Positions 29,696 to 39,604 are shown, counted from the stretch's first letter. The stretch is 64,000 bases of DNA from an uncultured delta proteobacterium (GCA_963785235.1 CAWAUM010000001.1:96001-160000), one strand, 5' to 3'. The notes: generated by a model from the letters alone, not told the origin. Numbers and translations: made by a program.

Positions 29696-29878
29696 GACGC
29701 CCCCTTTATGGTCAAGATCTCTCACAACAGAGCAGAGTAAAGGTATTATGATATAAAATTGGTTTGAATATCTCCTGTGATGGGCTCGTTATCTCACCTT
29801 AACCGTATTAAAACTATAACGAAAAAAAGGATATGGCAATACCGGATTGCAAAACACGTTCAAGGTATGATCACAAAT

Positions 29879-31093
29879 CTATTCTGGTTTATGAGGGCAG
29901 GAGTCAAGAGAGGATAGGTTCTCATCCTTAGATGTGCTCAAAGATGGGGCAGGATTTTCGGTAGCAATCATGATCTTGCCAATCCCGTTTTGATAAAGGA
30001 TGTCCGTTTTGAAGCTTTTTGAAATATCCTTCAGATGCGTGATGATCTTTTTTGCCGGGGTTCCGCTGGTCAGCCTGGGTTGGAACCCGACCTCCTGATT
30101 GTTTACATTCAGTGGGTACAGGATCACCTGTACCGGCACATTGTCTTTGAACCTTGTCACTGGTGCAAAACTGAACGTCGCATTATCACTGATGGCGCCG
30201 AAGGCATAGTTGCCAAGGCTGTAAAAGATGGGCCTGCCCTTGAATATCTCTACTGGTTGCGGGACATGAGGGTGGTGGCCGAGGACCATATCTGCGCCCG
30301 AGTTTATAGCATGATGAGCAAAATCGATCTGATACTTCTTGGGCTCGCTCTTCAGTTCCTCTCCCCAGTGGAAACTCACCAAGAGGATGTCTACCCTTGG
30401 TCCGGCATCCCTGATATCCTGGCCCACCTGCGCCCAATCGGGGTGTGCGGTGCCCGGTTTGCCGGGGGTTGCCCAGAACTCCTCGGGAAAGGTAAGGGAA
30501 TAGGCCAGGAGGCCATAGCGAATCCCGCGCCTTTTTATGACAGCGAGCCTGCTTGCTGATGCCAGGTCAGCCCCTGCCCCGGCAAAGGCGAATCTGTTTT
30601 TTCGGCATTGCCTGATGGTATCCCTCAGGCCTTTTTCACCGTAATCCATGATATGGTTATTCGCCAGCGACAGGAGGTCAAATCCGGCCTTTTTGATGGC
30701 TTTGAGCGATTCCGCATCACCCCTGAAGGTGTATTCCTTGTCTTGGTAACGGACGCCCTTCATGGTAATAGGATATTCAAGGTTTGCAAATGCAACATCA
30801 GCAGAGGCAATGAGCCTCGAGAGGTTTTTATCCTGGAAGGGATGGTCATATCCCTTTTCCTGCAGAAGTAATTTTGCGCTCCCGGTGAGCATGATATCGC
30901 CTACAGCAAGCACCCGGTGTACTCGGAGCGCCTTCTCATCAGCTGTCTTGCTGCGAACACCGCCGAATAATGCTTCCGGATTCCAGACAAGAATTGTCAG
31001 TATTATGAAGATGGGCACTATGGGGACCATTGCCCGGGATTTTTTACAGGGCAGGAGAAGACCGTTCTTCTTTCTGTCAACCTCTTGATACAC
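29879..31093 (-). CDS. CapA/PgsA family metallophosphoesterase-fold protein
   Basis: AVGDIM, ANLE, LANNHIMDYG, HWGEE, GHHPHV, YSLGN. Confidence 0.92.
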   Translation of the reverse strand: MYQEVDRKKNGLLLPCKKSRAMVPIVPIFIILTILVWNPEALFGGVRSKTADEKALRVHRVLAVGDIMLTGSAKLLLQEKGYDHPFQDKNLSRLIASADVAFANLEYPITMKGVRYQDKEYTFRGDAESLKAIKKAGFDLLSLANNHIMDYGEKGLRDTIRQCRKNRFAFAGAGADLASASRLAVIKRRGIRYGLLAYSLTFPEEFWATPGKPGTAHPDWAQVGQDIRDAGPRVDILLVSFHWGEELKSEPKKYQIDFAHHAINSGADMVLGHHPHVPQPVEIFKGRPIFYSLGNYAFGAISDNATFSFAPVTRFKDNVPVQVILYPLNVNNQEVGFQPRLTSGTPAKKIITHLKDISKSFKTDILYQNGIGKIMIATENPAPSLSTSKDENLSSLDSCPHKPE

Positions 31094-32399
31094 GGCGTTG
31101 TTTGCCTGCGCTCTTCTTTGAAGGGGGTTTATGTGAGCTGTACTCCATGTTCTCCGGGTTTATATATGTCCCCCGGTGAGTAATCCGGAAATCGAGGTGA
31201 GGACCTGTTGCACGCCCTGTCATGCCCACATAGCCGATGATCTCGCCCTTTCTTACCCTTTTTCCCATGAGGATATTCCGGGAAAAACGTGAGAGATGTC
31301 CATACTGCGAGATGTATCCATTTGCATGCATGATGCGGACGGTCTTTCCATAGCCCCCATCCCAACCGGAAAAATTCACCCTGCCTGGTCCTATGGCATA
31401 CACCGGAGTCCCGGATGGGGCAGAGTAATCAATGCCCAGATGGGGTTGAGCCGAATTGGTAAAGGGATCTATCCTGGAGTAGCTGAATCCGGATGATACC
31501 CTCCGATAGGTGAGCGGCACCTTGAGGAAAGTGGCCTCATCGGCTTTTACTATGCGGCGCTGGTGTGCCTTCCTGGATAGGGCTGCTCTTTGAGGCTTAG
31601 TACCCTTCTTCTTGCCGGGGGCATGGAATTTTGTTGATGACAGGTCCTGATTATCGGCATCTGAAGACGTGCCTTGTTCCGTTGCTGTTAAGGTTTTTTT
31701 GTTCCATGGCGGCAGTTCCGGTAAAAGTACCAGGCCGCTTGCTAATAGCTCGTAAGGGGTCTGGGTGGTTGAGCGAACACTTTCAGGCAGGCCGCAGTTA
31801 TAGGATGAGAATGTTTTCATTGTGTTGCCAGTACTTACTGAGGCAGTGGTTTTTGTTTGAGGAATAGATGCCTTGGCAGGCACCAGTTTATTCTTGTGCG
31901 GCTGATTCAGTTTTGCACCAGATTGTTTTTTTGGAGAGGATACGGTAGTCACTCTTTCCTGAATGAGACTGATAACCTTGCCGTTATACAGGACAACCTT
32001 TTTCCTGCTGGATGGCGAATAGTTAATCTCCTGAAGGGTTGTGCCATCCTGGCTGAAATAGAACTCAAGCTCGCTGCCCGGCCGCATCCTGGTAAGCTTG
32101 TAGACTCGGGATGCCTTTTTCGAGATGTACAGGGCATCTTTCCTTGATACCCCGGTCTTCACCAGGATGTCACAGAATACATCGCCTTGCTGAATTGCAT
32201 ATGCCTTCATGGGTTTTGCTAATGGGGCAGGGGGCAGTTTATGTGAAAGCTGTTCTTTTACCAGTCCGTTCCCGGTTGGCGAAGAAGTTATGCCGGTGCT
32301 GGCGTATAGTACGCAAGGTAGGAAGATTTGCCCCAGGAAACCTGCTATGCATGCAAATAAGAAGCTCCGCACGCAGAACAATTTTATGTCTTTGTTCAT
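31077..32399 (-). CDS. M23 family peptidoglycan endopeptidase
   Basis: GGAGG RBS before ATG 32399; OapA/LysM-like N-terminus; HLGID, YGHL, GRATGPHLDF. Confidence 0.92.
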   Translation of the reverse strand: MNKDIKLFCVRSFLFACIAGFLGQIFLPCVLYASTGITSSPTGNGLVKEQLSHKLPPAPLAKPMKAYAIQQGDVFCDILVKTGVSRKDALYISKKASRVYKLTRMRPGSELEFYFSQDGTTLQEINYSPSSRKKVVLYNGKVISLIQERVTTVSSPKKQSGAKLNQPHKNKLVPAKASIPQTKTTASVSTGNTMKTFSSYNCGLPESVRSTTQTPYELLASGLVLLPELPPWNKKTLTATEQGTSSDADNQDLSSTKFHAPGKKKGTKPQRAALSRKAHQRRIVKADEATFLKVPLTYRRVSSGFSYSRIDPFTNSAQPHLGIDYSAPSGTPVYAIGPGRVNFSGWDGGYGKTVRIMHANGYISQYGHLSRFSRNILMGKRVRKGEIIGYVGMTGRATGPHLDFRITHRGTYINPENMEYSSHKPPSKKSAGKQRRVSRG

Positions 32400-32555
32400 G
32401 GGATGGAACCTCCCCGTAGAAATTCCTGATAAATATATCAGGCTCAATAACATTAACAAGGGCTATACTATGGAGAGGAGAGAAATGCAAGTTCAGTTAA
32501 TAACTAATAATATCATTAGGATATCTAGAATATATGCATTCTCATATTGGTAAGA

Positions 32556-32831
32556 TTAAACCAAGTCGCTGCCGGCTGGTGGCAATTCGTTAGCAGGCTT
32601 GGTGAAGTCGCCTTTGCGCTTGTCTCTGTCGCGCTTCCGCTCCTGGCAGAGGAAAAGCAGTGCAGCGGCGTTGGCCTTTACATGGGCAAACAGGCTTTCC
32701 GGGCCTGTGTATTTGTTATGGTGCTCAAGATTATATTCAAGATCCTTGATGGCCTTGGCCAGGGCCGCCTCATGCATACTGTGCTTTTTCTGTACCAGGA
32801 TCTTTTTGGCTTGTGCTTCAAATTCATCCAT
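32556..32831 (-). CDS. Hypothetical protein
   Basis: 91 aa ORF with GGAGG RBS, co-oriented with its neighbours. Confidence 0.55.
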   Translation of the reverse strand: MDEFEAQAKKILVQKKHSMHEAALAKAIKDLEYNLEHHNKYTGPESLFAHVKANAAALLFLCQERKRDRDKRKGDFTKPANELPPAGSDLV

Positions 32832-32875
32832 GTCAATCCTCCTTTGTTTTTGAATATCGGCAAGGTATGGCCCGG

Positions 32876-33217
32876 TCAGTTTTTAGGCAGAGTGTTCTTC
32901 TCCGTCTTTTCTATCTTCTCGATCTTCTCGGTCTTATCGTTCTTATCAGACTTGTCAACCTTCTCATCAACCGACCACTTGAATTCGGATACCTCGACCT
33001 TCTTCTTGGTTTCTATGCGCTTCACCTGTACCGGCTTGAGGATTATTTCATAGAGCTTGCCTTCGCCCGAGTAATTATCCAAGGCATCTTTTAAGGACTG
33101 ATAGATCTCGATCTTCTGGCTGCCGAACATGGTGTCCTTTATAATTGCAAATTCTTTTGCTGATGCCGCGCTTGTGATGATAAGAACGGCCACGCAAAGC
33201 ATGAATATTTTTCTCAT
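32876..33217 (-). CDS. Hypothetical exported protein with (D/E)K-x repeat tail
   Basis: Signal peptide ending ASA; tail EKV DKS DKN DKT EKI EKI EKT EKN from imperfect 9-bp repeats. Confidence 0.7.
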   Translation of the reverse strand: MRKIFMLCVAVLIITSAASAKEFAIIKDTMFGSQKIEIYQSLKDALDNYSGEGKLYEIILKPVQVKRIETKKKVEVSEFKWSVDEKVDKSDKNDKTEKIEKIEKTEKNTLPKN

Positions 33218-33309
33218 AGCCTATCCCCCTTCATCCTATGTTTTTGTCCGGCATTTTCATAGATATGTCAATCGGAACATGGACATAATGGGTAAAGCCC
33301 GTTCTCTTT

Positions 33310-33388
33310 ATCCCAGATCTTGCGGTTAAGAGGTGTAAAAAACTGATCCGTTCAAAATCTGGGTTTAATAAACATATGAGGTTATGCA
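33310..33388 (-). repeat. Copy G of the dispersed element, hairpin core deleted
   Basis: Left part matches copies E/F (ATCCC...AAAAAACTGATCCGTTCAAAA); right end GAGGTTATGCA matches the reverse complement of the copy A end TGCACAACCTC. Confidence 0.6.
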
Positions 33389-33403
33389 GAGGTCTAATTT
33401 TTT

Positions 33404-34546
33404 TTAAAGCCTGATGCCCAGGGTCTCTTTATATTTTTCAAAACACATCCGTTCTACGGAAGAGAGCCTTTCAAAGGCCTTGGAAAAAGAGGTTGCAGAG
33501 CTTGCAAAGACCCCGTGGCCGTGGACAATGGCTGCATGGTCCGCCTGCATGGCCTGCGGCAATGTGTGTACGAGCCCGTGTCTGCCGGCGCCGACCTCGC
33601 CGGCCACCACGGGCACATGGCCGATGGTTCTCGTATGGCCGAACTGCAAGGGCCCGCCCGCCATGGACATGATCACCGAGAATCGGGGATGGCCGTGCAG
33701 GATCACCCTGTCGCCTGTGAGTTCATATATCTTAACATGGGCCCACAGCTCGGATGATGAAGTGATCTCGCACGTGGAGGAGCCATCCAGGGGCACACAG
33801 TCTATGCGTCCCGGGAGTTCGTCCAGGGAGGAACCCGTCTGGGAGATGTATATGAGCGCGTCTTTCCTGAATGAGATGTTGCCGAAAAAGGAATCCACCA
33901 GCCCTGCTGCTACGGTTGCCTTGCCTGTCTCATCCATGTTCTTGATGATGCCGGCTTCGTCTATGGGAGGGGTTACCGAAAGAGGGTTTGAGAAAGCAGG
34001 AGGTGCGAGCTGTAAAAGGAACCGCTGGCAGGCATCGATCTGCGGTACTGATGGTGGCGCATTTCCTTCAAGGCCTTGCAGGCCCAATAAAATGTCGGTA
34101 AAGAATTTGACAAAGCAGGCAAAACATATGGAGCTCACAACGACAAAGGCCTGCTCAAGTGACACTGTGCCTGTGGTAATGATACCCAGGTCTTTGACGA
34201 TGCACCCCTTCCGGGAATTCAGGGCACAGGCAACGAGGCCCGGATCAAACGATTCGACCACCGGGATATCATGGATAAAGGTGAGGCTCTCGGTGTCCTT
34301 AGGGGAGATGAGGCCCGGGTTTGCCAGGGCCAGTTCGCTGATGATCGCCCACCTGAGTGGATCGGGTCTTGCTATGAGCAGGCTGTTAATAGCGAGATCA
34401 TCGAATAGTGCCCTGACCTCTTCAGGTATCCTGTCGTTGTTGGTGTAAATCTCATCATCCAGGCCATAGAGCTGCGCATCGGCCGGGGAAGTTATGAGGC
34501 CGTGGTCCAGCAATTTCTTAAGATATTTGTTCACCTGATTCTGCAT
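33404..34546 (-). CDS. Class II aldolase/adducin family protein with extra N-terminal domain
   Basis: C-terminal GLVDSFFGNIS, SSELWAH, ILHGHP, HGHGVF; overlaps the AOR stop. Confidence 0.85.
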   Translation of the reverse strand: MQNQVNKYLKKLLDHGLITSPADAQLYGLDDEIYTNNDRIPEEVRALFDDLAINSLLIARPDPLRWAIISELALANPGLISPKDTESLTFIHDIPVVESFDPGLVACALNSRKGCIVKDLGIITTGTVSLEQAFVVVSSICFACFVKFFTDILLGLQGLEGNAPPSVPQIDACQRFLLQLAPPAFSNPLSVTPPIDEAGIIKNMDETGKATVAAGLVDSFFGNISFRKDALIYISQTGSSLDELPGRIDCVPLDGSSTCEITSSSELWAHVKIYELTGDRVILHGHPRFSVIMSMAGGPLQFGHTRTIGHVPVVAGEVGAGRHGLVHTLPQAMQADHAAIVHGHGVFASSATSFSKAFERLSSVERMCFEKYKETLGIRL

Positions 34547-36288
34547 ATGCCCAGGTCCTTCATGCGCATCTCGGTGAGTGTGCCGTCTTCGTTGCATCCA
34601 CGAATCCGGTAGTATCTGGAAAGGGCCTCATCAAAGGCCGCCCTGCTGAGGGGAAGGATATCGATGCCCGGGCCGTTCGTGCCGGGCTCTTTATAGAACC
34701 GTTCCGGGAGCATGTCGTCCTTGCGGGTGAAACCCCTTAGGGTGTTGATATGGCGTTCAAGGGTATAGATATTGTCCCCGATCCGGAGCAGGTCCTGGGT
34801 GTCGTAGGCAAGCCCGGTTACCGCAGCGAATCCCTTTGCATATTCTTCAAGAGAGGCGCCCAGGCATGCAAACTTGCAGGCACCTATGGAATCGATGACT
34901 GCATTGAGGTCCTCTGCTATTTTGATGATCCTTGCCTTGCCGGAAAATGAGAAGCGGTCTGTGGCGACAGGTTTGCAAAGGATTTCGTGTGCGATGGGGT
35001 AGGCCCGCAGGTGGCATCCGCCACGACTTGATGTGCCATAGGCCAGCGCCATGCCATAGGCCCCCCTCGGGTCATAGGCCGGCAGCTCCAGGCCTTTGAC
35101 GCTCATGGATTTCTCCGGAGCACCAAGCTCGCGGGCAAGCACGGCGGACCCCATTTTCAGGAGCCCTGAATCCTGTTGGGCGCCCAGTATGTCGCGCACC
35201 TTTTTCACGAGGCCCTCTCCGGTATAACGCTCGCCTTTTATTTCAGCCAGGCAGGCTAAGGTGGATGCCGCAGTTATGGTGTCCATGCCGGTCTCGTTGC
35301 AGATATGATTTGCTTCTATGATGGACCCGAGGTCGTCATTTTCGTTCAACGCGCCAAAGTGCGACAGGGTCTCGTACTCGGGTATCTCCCTGGCAGACTT
35401 CTGCTTGCAGGCAATGGGGCAGCCGTGGCAGGCATAGTGTTTCGGCTGTTCTCTTGATCGTATGGTCGGGCCGCTGAAGGCTTTGTAACCTTCAAAATAG
35501 GTCCTGCGGAAATTGGCCGTGGGCATCATATAACGCGATGCCATGAGGTCTACCAGGGCACTTGTGCCGTAGGTGCTGATCCCCGACCTTCCCATGATGG
35601 CAGGCGATGCATCAAAGAGCCGTAAGATGTCTTTGCGGGCAATTTCTTCTGCCTGAGGATCGTGGACTTCGGCATGTGCGCTGCCGCTACCTCGTACCGT
35701 AATGGCTCTGAGGTTTTTTGACGCCATGACCAGTCCTAACCCACCCCTGCCTGAGGCAAAACAGGAGTCCACCATGATGGAGGCATACTGGCAGCCCTTG
35801 AATGCTGCCTCCCCAACGGCTGCGGTTGAGCCCTTGAGCGGGTTTAATTGTTCGAACACGGATGACAAAGGTGTTCCGGCTGCCAAAGGGGCTTCTTCAA
35901 ATCTTGCTGTCTCATCCTCGACAAATACTACGAGCTGCCTTTGGCTGTGTCCGGTTATATGGATGATGTCAATGCCCGCTTTCTTCATCTGCCAGGCGAG
36001 CCCGCCGCCCACGGAGCAGCTGCACACCGTGTTGGTAAGGGGAGAGAAGGCAGAGATCATCATGCGGCTCGCAGAAGGGATACGCGAACCTGTGAGTGCG
36101 CCGATGGCAAAAATGAGCGGGGCATCAGCATCACATGCTTTCAGTGATGGTGTATTATTAAGAAAATAGGCGCCTATGCCCCTACCGCCCAAGTATGTCC
36201 GAGCCACGTCAGGGTCGAGCCTTTCCCTGCGGGTACCCCTTGCGGTCATGTCGATAAAGAGGCAGACAAGTGAAAATTCCTTATGCAT
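34531..36288 (-). CDS. Aldehyde:ferredoxin oxidoreductase family protein
   Basis: YLGGRG, SPLT, GRGGLG.VM.SKNL, CHGCPIAC, PEYET, GMDTI, VKGLELPAYDPR, RGGCHL. Confidence 0.94.
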   Translation of the reverse strand: MHKEFSLVCLFIDMTARGTRRERLDPDVARTYLGGRGIGAYFLNNTPSLKACDADAPLIFAIGALTGSRIPSASRMMISAFSPLTNTVCSCSVGGGLAWQMKKAGIDIIHITGHSQRQLVVFVEDETARFEEAPLAAGTPLSSVFEQLNPLKGSTAAVGEAAFKGCQYASIMVDSCFASGRGGLGLVMASKNLRAITVRGSGSAHAEVHDPQAEEIARKDILRLFDASPAIMGRSGISTYGTSALVDLMASRYMMPTANFRRTYFEGYKAFSGPTIRSREQPKHYACHGCPIACKQKSAREIPEYETLSHFGALNENDDLGSIIEANHICNETGMDTITAASTLACLAEIKGERYTGEGLVKKVRDILGAQQDSGLLKMGSAVLARELGAPEKSMSVKGLELPAYDPRGAYGMALAYGTSSRGGCHLRAYPIAHEILCKPVATDRFSFSGKARIIKIAEDLNAVIDSIGACKFACLGASLEEYAKGFAAVTGLAYDTQDLLRIGDNIYTLERHINTLRGFTRKDDMLPERFYKEPGTNGPGIDILPLSRAAFDEALSRYYRIRGCNEDGTLTEMRMKDLGICRIR

Positions 36289-36470
36289 AGGTGCCTACTG
36301 TAATGCAATCTTCCCTCAAGCTCAACTTAGAATGAGCCATGGAATATAAGCATATAATCACGGATTGATATCCAGAAAAGGTACCCGTCCGACTTGCCGA
36401 CATGAGTTGCCATGGCCTGGTAAGTGTGATAATGCTTGTAAGCTACTAGTAATAAGGAGGACAAATAACC

Positions 36471-36665
36471 ATGATTAGCACAACGCATCTTCTCATCTTG
36501 CTGGTTATCGTACTTGTTATCTTTGGCGCCGGCAAACTGCCCGAGGTGGGAGCGGCCCTGGGGAAGGGGATCAAGAACTTCAAATCCGCTGTGGATGAAA
36601 CCCCTTCGAGCAAGGAAGCGAAAGGCGATATCGAGGACAAGAATAAAGGGCAGAAGGCAGACTGA
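36471..36665 (+). CDS. tatA: Twin-arginine translocase TatA/E
   Basis: AGGAGG RBS; TM helix + [20 protein letters not shown]. Confidence 0.93.
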   Translation: MISTTHLLILLVIVLVIFGAGKLPEVGAALGKGIKNFKSAVDETPSSKEAKGDIEDKNKGQKAD

Positions 36666-36825
36666 CTCCTCCGGTTGGTTCATCCCACCCGAAGTATCTC
36701 TACGGCATCCCACAAGTCTGATCCGGCCAAGCACCGGTCCTTACCTATTCCTATCAGATTTCTTCCATTCGGCAAGCAGCAGCCAAAGGTATGTGCTTTT
36801 ATATCTTTAGATCCTTCAGGCAATT

Positions 36826-38115
36826 CTAAAGGCTGCGGTTGTCGATGACGCGGACGGCCTTGCCCTGGGCCACCGGTATCCCGCCCGGCTCGCACAGGAT
36901 GACATCGGGTGTAATGAGGATCTCGTCTCTCAGCTCCCTGGTGATTCTCTTCCTGAGCGAATCCAGTGTCTTGAAGTCATGGATGGACAGATTGGAGTCT
37001 ATTTCCGCCCTGACGATCATATGGTCATTGTGCCCTTTGGATTCAAGGGTGATCTGGTAGTTCCTGCCTACTCCGGCGATACCGATGAGCACGGCCTCGA
37101 CCTGCATGGGGAAGATGTTGACCCCCTTGAGGATAAGCATATCGTCGCTCCTGCCCGTTATCCTGGTTATCCTGGAGTGAGTCCTCCCGCAGGCACACGG
37201 GCCTTCAATGATAGAGGTGAGGTCCTTGGTGCGGTAGCGGATGATGGGCATGGACTCCCTCTGCAGCGTCGTGATCACCAGCTCGCCCATTTCGCCCGGG
37301 GCAACGCTCTCAAGCGTGTCGGGGTTGATGATCTCCACCAGATAGGCATCCTCCCAGATGTGCTGGCCGTTTTTTTCCGGGCATTCAAAGGCAACACCCG
37401 GGCCGTTCATCTCGGAAAGGCCGTATGAGTTGAATGCATCGATGCCGAAGAATTCCTCCACCTTCTTCCTGGTTGCCTCGGTATGGGGCTCTGCTCCCAG
37501 GAATGCGTATTTCAGTGCAGGGAATTCTTTTTTTGGATCTATTCCCATGGCCTCGATCTCGTCTGCCAGATGCAGTGCGTAGCTCGGGATTACATGGATG
37601 GCGCTCGTGCCGAAGTCCTTCATGAATTTGAGCTGGCGTTTGGTGTTGCCGGGCCCGGAGGGGATGGTGAGACAACCGATACGCTCTGCGCCGTAATGCA
37701 GGCCCAGGCCTCCCGTAAACAGCCCGTAACCGATCATGTTCTGGAATACATCATGCTTTCTCAGCCCGGCCATGAAGAGGCAACGTGCTACAAGCCCGGT
37801 CCAGCGCTCGATGTCCTTCATGGAGTGATAGACAACAGTCGGAGTCCCTGTTGTGCCTGATGATGAATGAAGACGGACCACCTTATCCAGTGAGGTGCAG
37901 ACCATGCCGTATGGATACGCGGCACGCAGATCGTCCTTGGTGGTGAAAGGAAGCTTCCTGATGTCCGATAGATCGGATATGGTAAAGTCCTTGAGCCCAA
38001 GGGCTTTGTAGAAGGGCGACTTGGATGCTCGCTTCACGGTCTTTTTCAACTGTTTGAGCTGGAGTTCACCAAGCTGGTCTCTTGAGATGCATTCATTTTT
38101 TTTGTCCCAGTACAT
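36826..38115 (-). CDS. paaK: Phenylacetate--CoA ligase family protein
   Basis: LPFTTKDDLR, HSSSGTTGTP, YGLFTGGLG, YGLSE, GRSDDMLI.KGVN.FP; true substrate unknown. Confidence 0.9.
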   Translation of the reverse strand: MYWDKKNECISRDQLGELQLKQLKKTVKRASKSPFYKALGLKDFTISDLSDIRKLPFTTKDDLRAAYPYGMVCTSLDKVVRLHSSSGTTGTPTVVYHSMKDIERWTGLVARCLFMAGLRKHDVFQNMIGYGLFTGGLGLHYGAERIGCLTIPSGPGNTKRQLKFMKDFGTSAIHVIPSYALHLADEIEAMGIDPKKEFPALKYAFLGAEPHTEATRKKVEEFFGIDAFNSYGLSEMNGPGVAFECPEKNGQHIWEDAYLVEIINPDTLESVAPGEMGELVITTLQRESMPIIRYRTKDLTSIIEGPCACGRTHSRITRITGRSDDMLILKGVNIFPMQVEAVLIGIAGVGRNYQITLESKGHNDHMIVRAEIDSNLSIHDFKTLDSLRKRITRELRDEILITPDVILCEPGGIPVAQGKAVRVIDNRSL

Positions 38116-38203
38116 GAGGGTTCCCCTTTGCGTTTATCTTATTAATCCTGACCAAGAGCTACCATTAACGCATGCAGGCTGTCAAATGACTGCAGGGGAC
38201 CAT

Positions 38204-38340
38204 TGCACAACCTCAAAAATAATTTTGAGATGCAAACCAAAAATTGGCCTGTTCAAAACATGCGTCTCGGTTTCACCGAGACGCATGTTTTGAACAGGTA
38301 AGGTTTTTTCTTCCGACAACAAAGTGTTAGGAGGAGTTAG
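38204..38340 (+). repeat. Dispersed hairpin (MITE/REP-like) element, copy A
   Basis: GAGATGCAAACCAAAAATTGG + perfect 24-bp stem 38248-38271 / 38275-38298 + TAAGGTTTTTTC; homologous to copies B, C, D. Confidence 0.92.
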
Positions 38341-38392
38341 GGAGTATTTGTAGAACGTCAACCGTCCCAGCTACTAAGGGAGTATATACAAG

Positions 38393-38449
38393 AAACGCTG
38401 CCGTCTCCTTATCCATCAAGTATCCGGATCGTGGAATACGGCAGCGTTT
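38393..38449 (-). terminator. Long stem-loop downstream of secG (probable terminator)
   Basis: AAACGCTGCCGT...ACGGCAGCGTTT 12-bp stem with further internal pairing; ends in TTTCTT on the minus strand. Confidence 0.6.
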
Positions 38450-38454
38450 ACGTG

Positions 38455-38844
38455 CTATTTCGTAGCAGGTGCAGGTGCCTGGGGTGGGGCAGCAGGTGCT
38501 GCAGGGATCACCGCATTGTTGGCCGGTGCTTTTGAAGCCGGTGCGGCACCAGGCGCAACAGGCATTGTCTGGCCGACAGGGGCAGGCCTGGAAGTCATGA
38601 CGCTCTTGGAGGGCCTATGGAGTGCGAAAAATCCTAAGGTGAACGAGGTGAGCATGAATACCACCACCAAGACGCGTGTGGCCTTATTCATGAAGTCTAC
38701 CGGGCCGGAGCTGCCGAATAAGGCCTGGCCGCCGGCCCCTCCGAAAACCGCGCCGATGTCGGCGCCTTTGCCGGCCTGCAGAAGCACGGCCACTATCAGA
38801 CAGATACATGCGAAAACGTGGATTGTTATGAGAAGTGCATACAT
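38455..38844 (-). CDS. secG: Preprotein translocase subunit SecG
   Basis: VLLQAGKGADIGAVFGG, two TM helices, follows tpiA. Confidence 0.95.
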   Translation of the reverse strand: MYALLITIHVFACICLIVAVLLQAGKGADIGAVFGGAGGQALFGSSGPVDFMNKATRVLVVVFMLTSFTLGFFALHRPSKSVMTSRPAPVGQTMPVAPGAAPASKAPANNAVIPAAPAAPPQAPAPATK

Positions 38845-38848
38845 TTTT

Positions 38849-39604
38849 TTACCCTCTATATCGAATTATTCTCTCGAACGAAGTCACATCGAGGCTTGCG
38901 CCCCCTACGAGTGCCCCGTCGATATCTGCTTGAGCCATGAGTACATCAATGTTGTCCGGCTTCACGCTCCCACCGTACAGGATGCGTATTGCGCCTGCAA
39001 TCTCAGGGCCGAAAAGGTCTTTCACCTGTGAGCGTATGAATCCATGGACCTCCTGGGCGATCTCGGGTGTGGCCGTCTTTCCGGTGCCAATGGCCCAGAC
39101 CGGCTCATAGGCGATCACCAGTTGTGCTGCCTGTGTGGTTGAGATATTCTTGAGACCGTTTTTCATCTGGTTACCGATCACGTCCAGTGTTTTGCCGGCC
39201 TCTCGTTCAACCAGGGTCTCGCCCACGCAGACAATAGGAGTGATTCCTGCCTTGAGGCAGGCATTCAGACGCTTGTTGACTGTCTCGTCGGTCTCTGAGA
39301 AATACTGCCTGCGTTCGGAATGACCGATAATGGCAAAACGTGCGCCTGTACTCTTGACCATGGGGGCGCTCACCTCGCCGGTAAAGGCACCCTGATCCTC
39401 CCAGAATATATTCTGTGCCCCCACAAACACAGGTGAACCCGCCAGTGCCTGGATAAGGGGATAGAGGTAAAGGTCCGGAGGGCAGACAAGGATTTCCCTG
39501 TCCGATACGTCCTTAACCTTTAGCGCCAGCTCTTTTGCAAAAAGAACCGCATCTTCCAGCGTCTTGAACATCTTCCAGTTGCCTGCAATGAGAGCTTTTC
39601 TCAT
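38849..39604 (-). CDS. tpiA: Triosephosphate isomerase
   Basis: AGNWKM, GHSERR, AYEPVWAIGTG, YGGSV, LVGGASL. Confidence 0.98.
   Translation of the reverse strand: MRKALIAGNWKMFKTLEDAVLFAKELALKVKDVSDREILVCPPDLYLYPLIQALAGSPVFVGAQNIFWEDQGAFTGEVSAPMVKSTGARFAIIGHSERRQYFSETDETVNKRLNACLKAGITPIVCVGETLVEREAGKTLDVIGNQMKNGLKNISTTQAAQLVIAYEPVWAIGTGKTATPEIAQEVHGFIRSQVKDLFGPEIAGAIRILYGGSVKPDNIDVLMAQADIDGALVGGASLDVTSFERIIRYRG

Noticed and set aside
38341-38454. Possible tRNA-Leu or other RNA gene after secG
   Set aside because: No cloverleaf, T-loop GTTCRA in a tRNA context or CCA end; only a long terminator-like hairpin.
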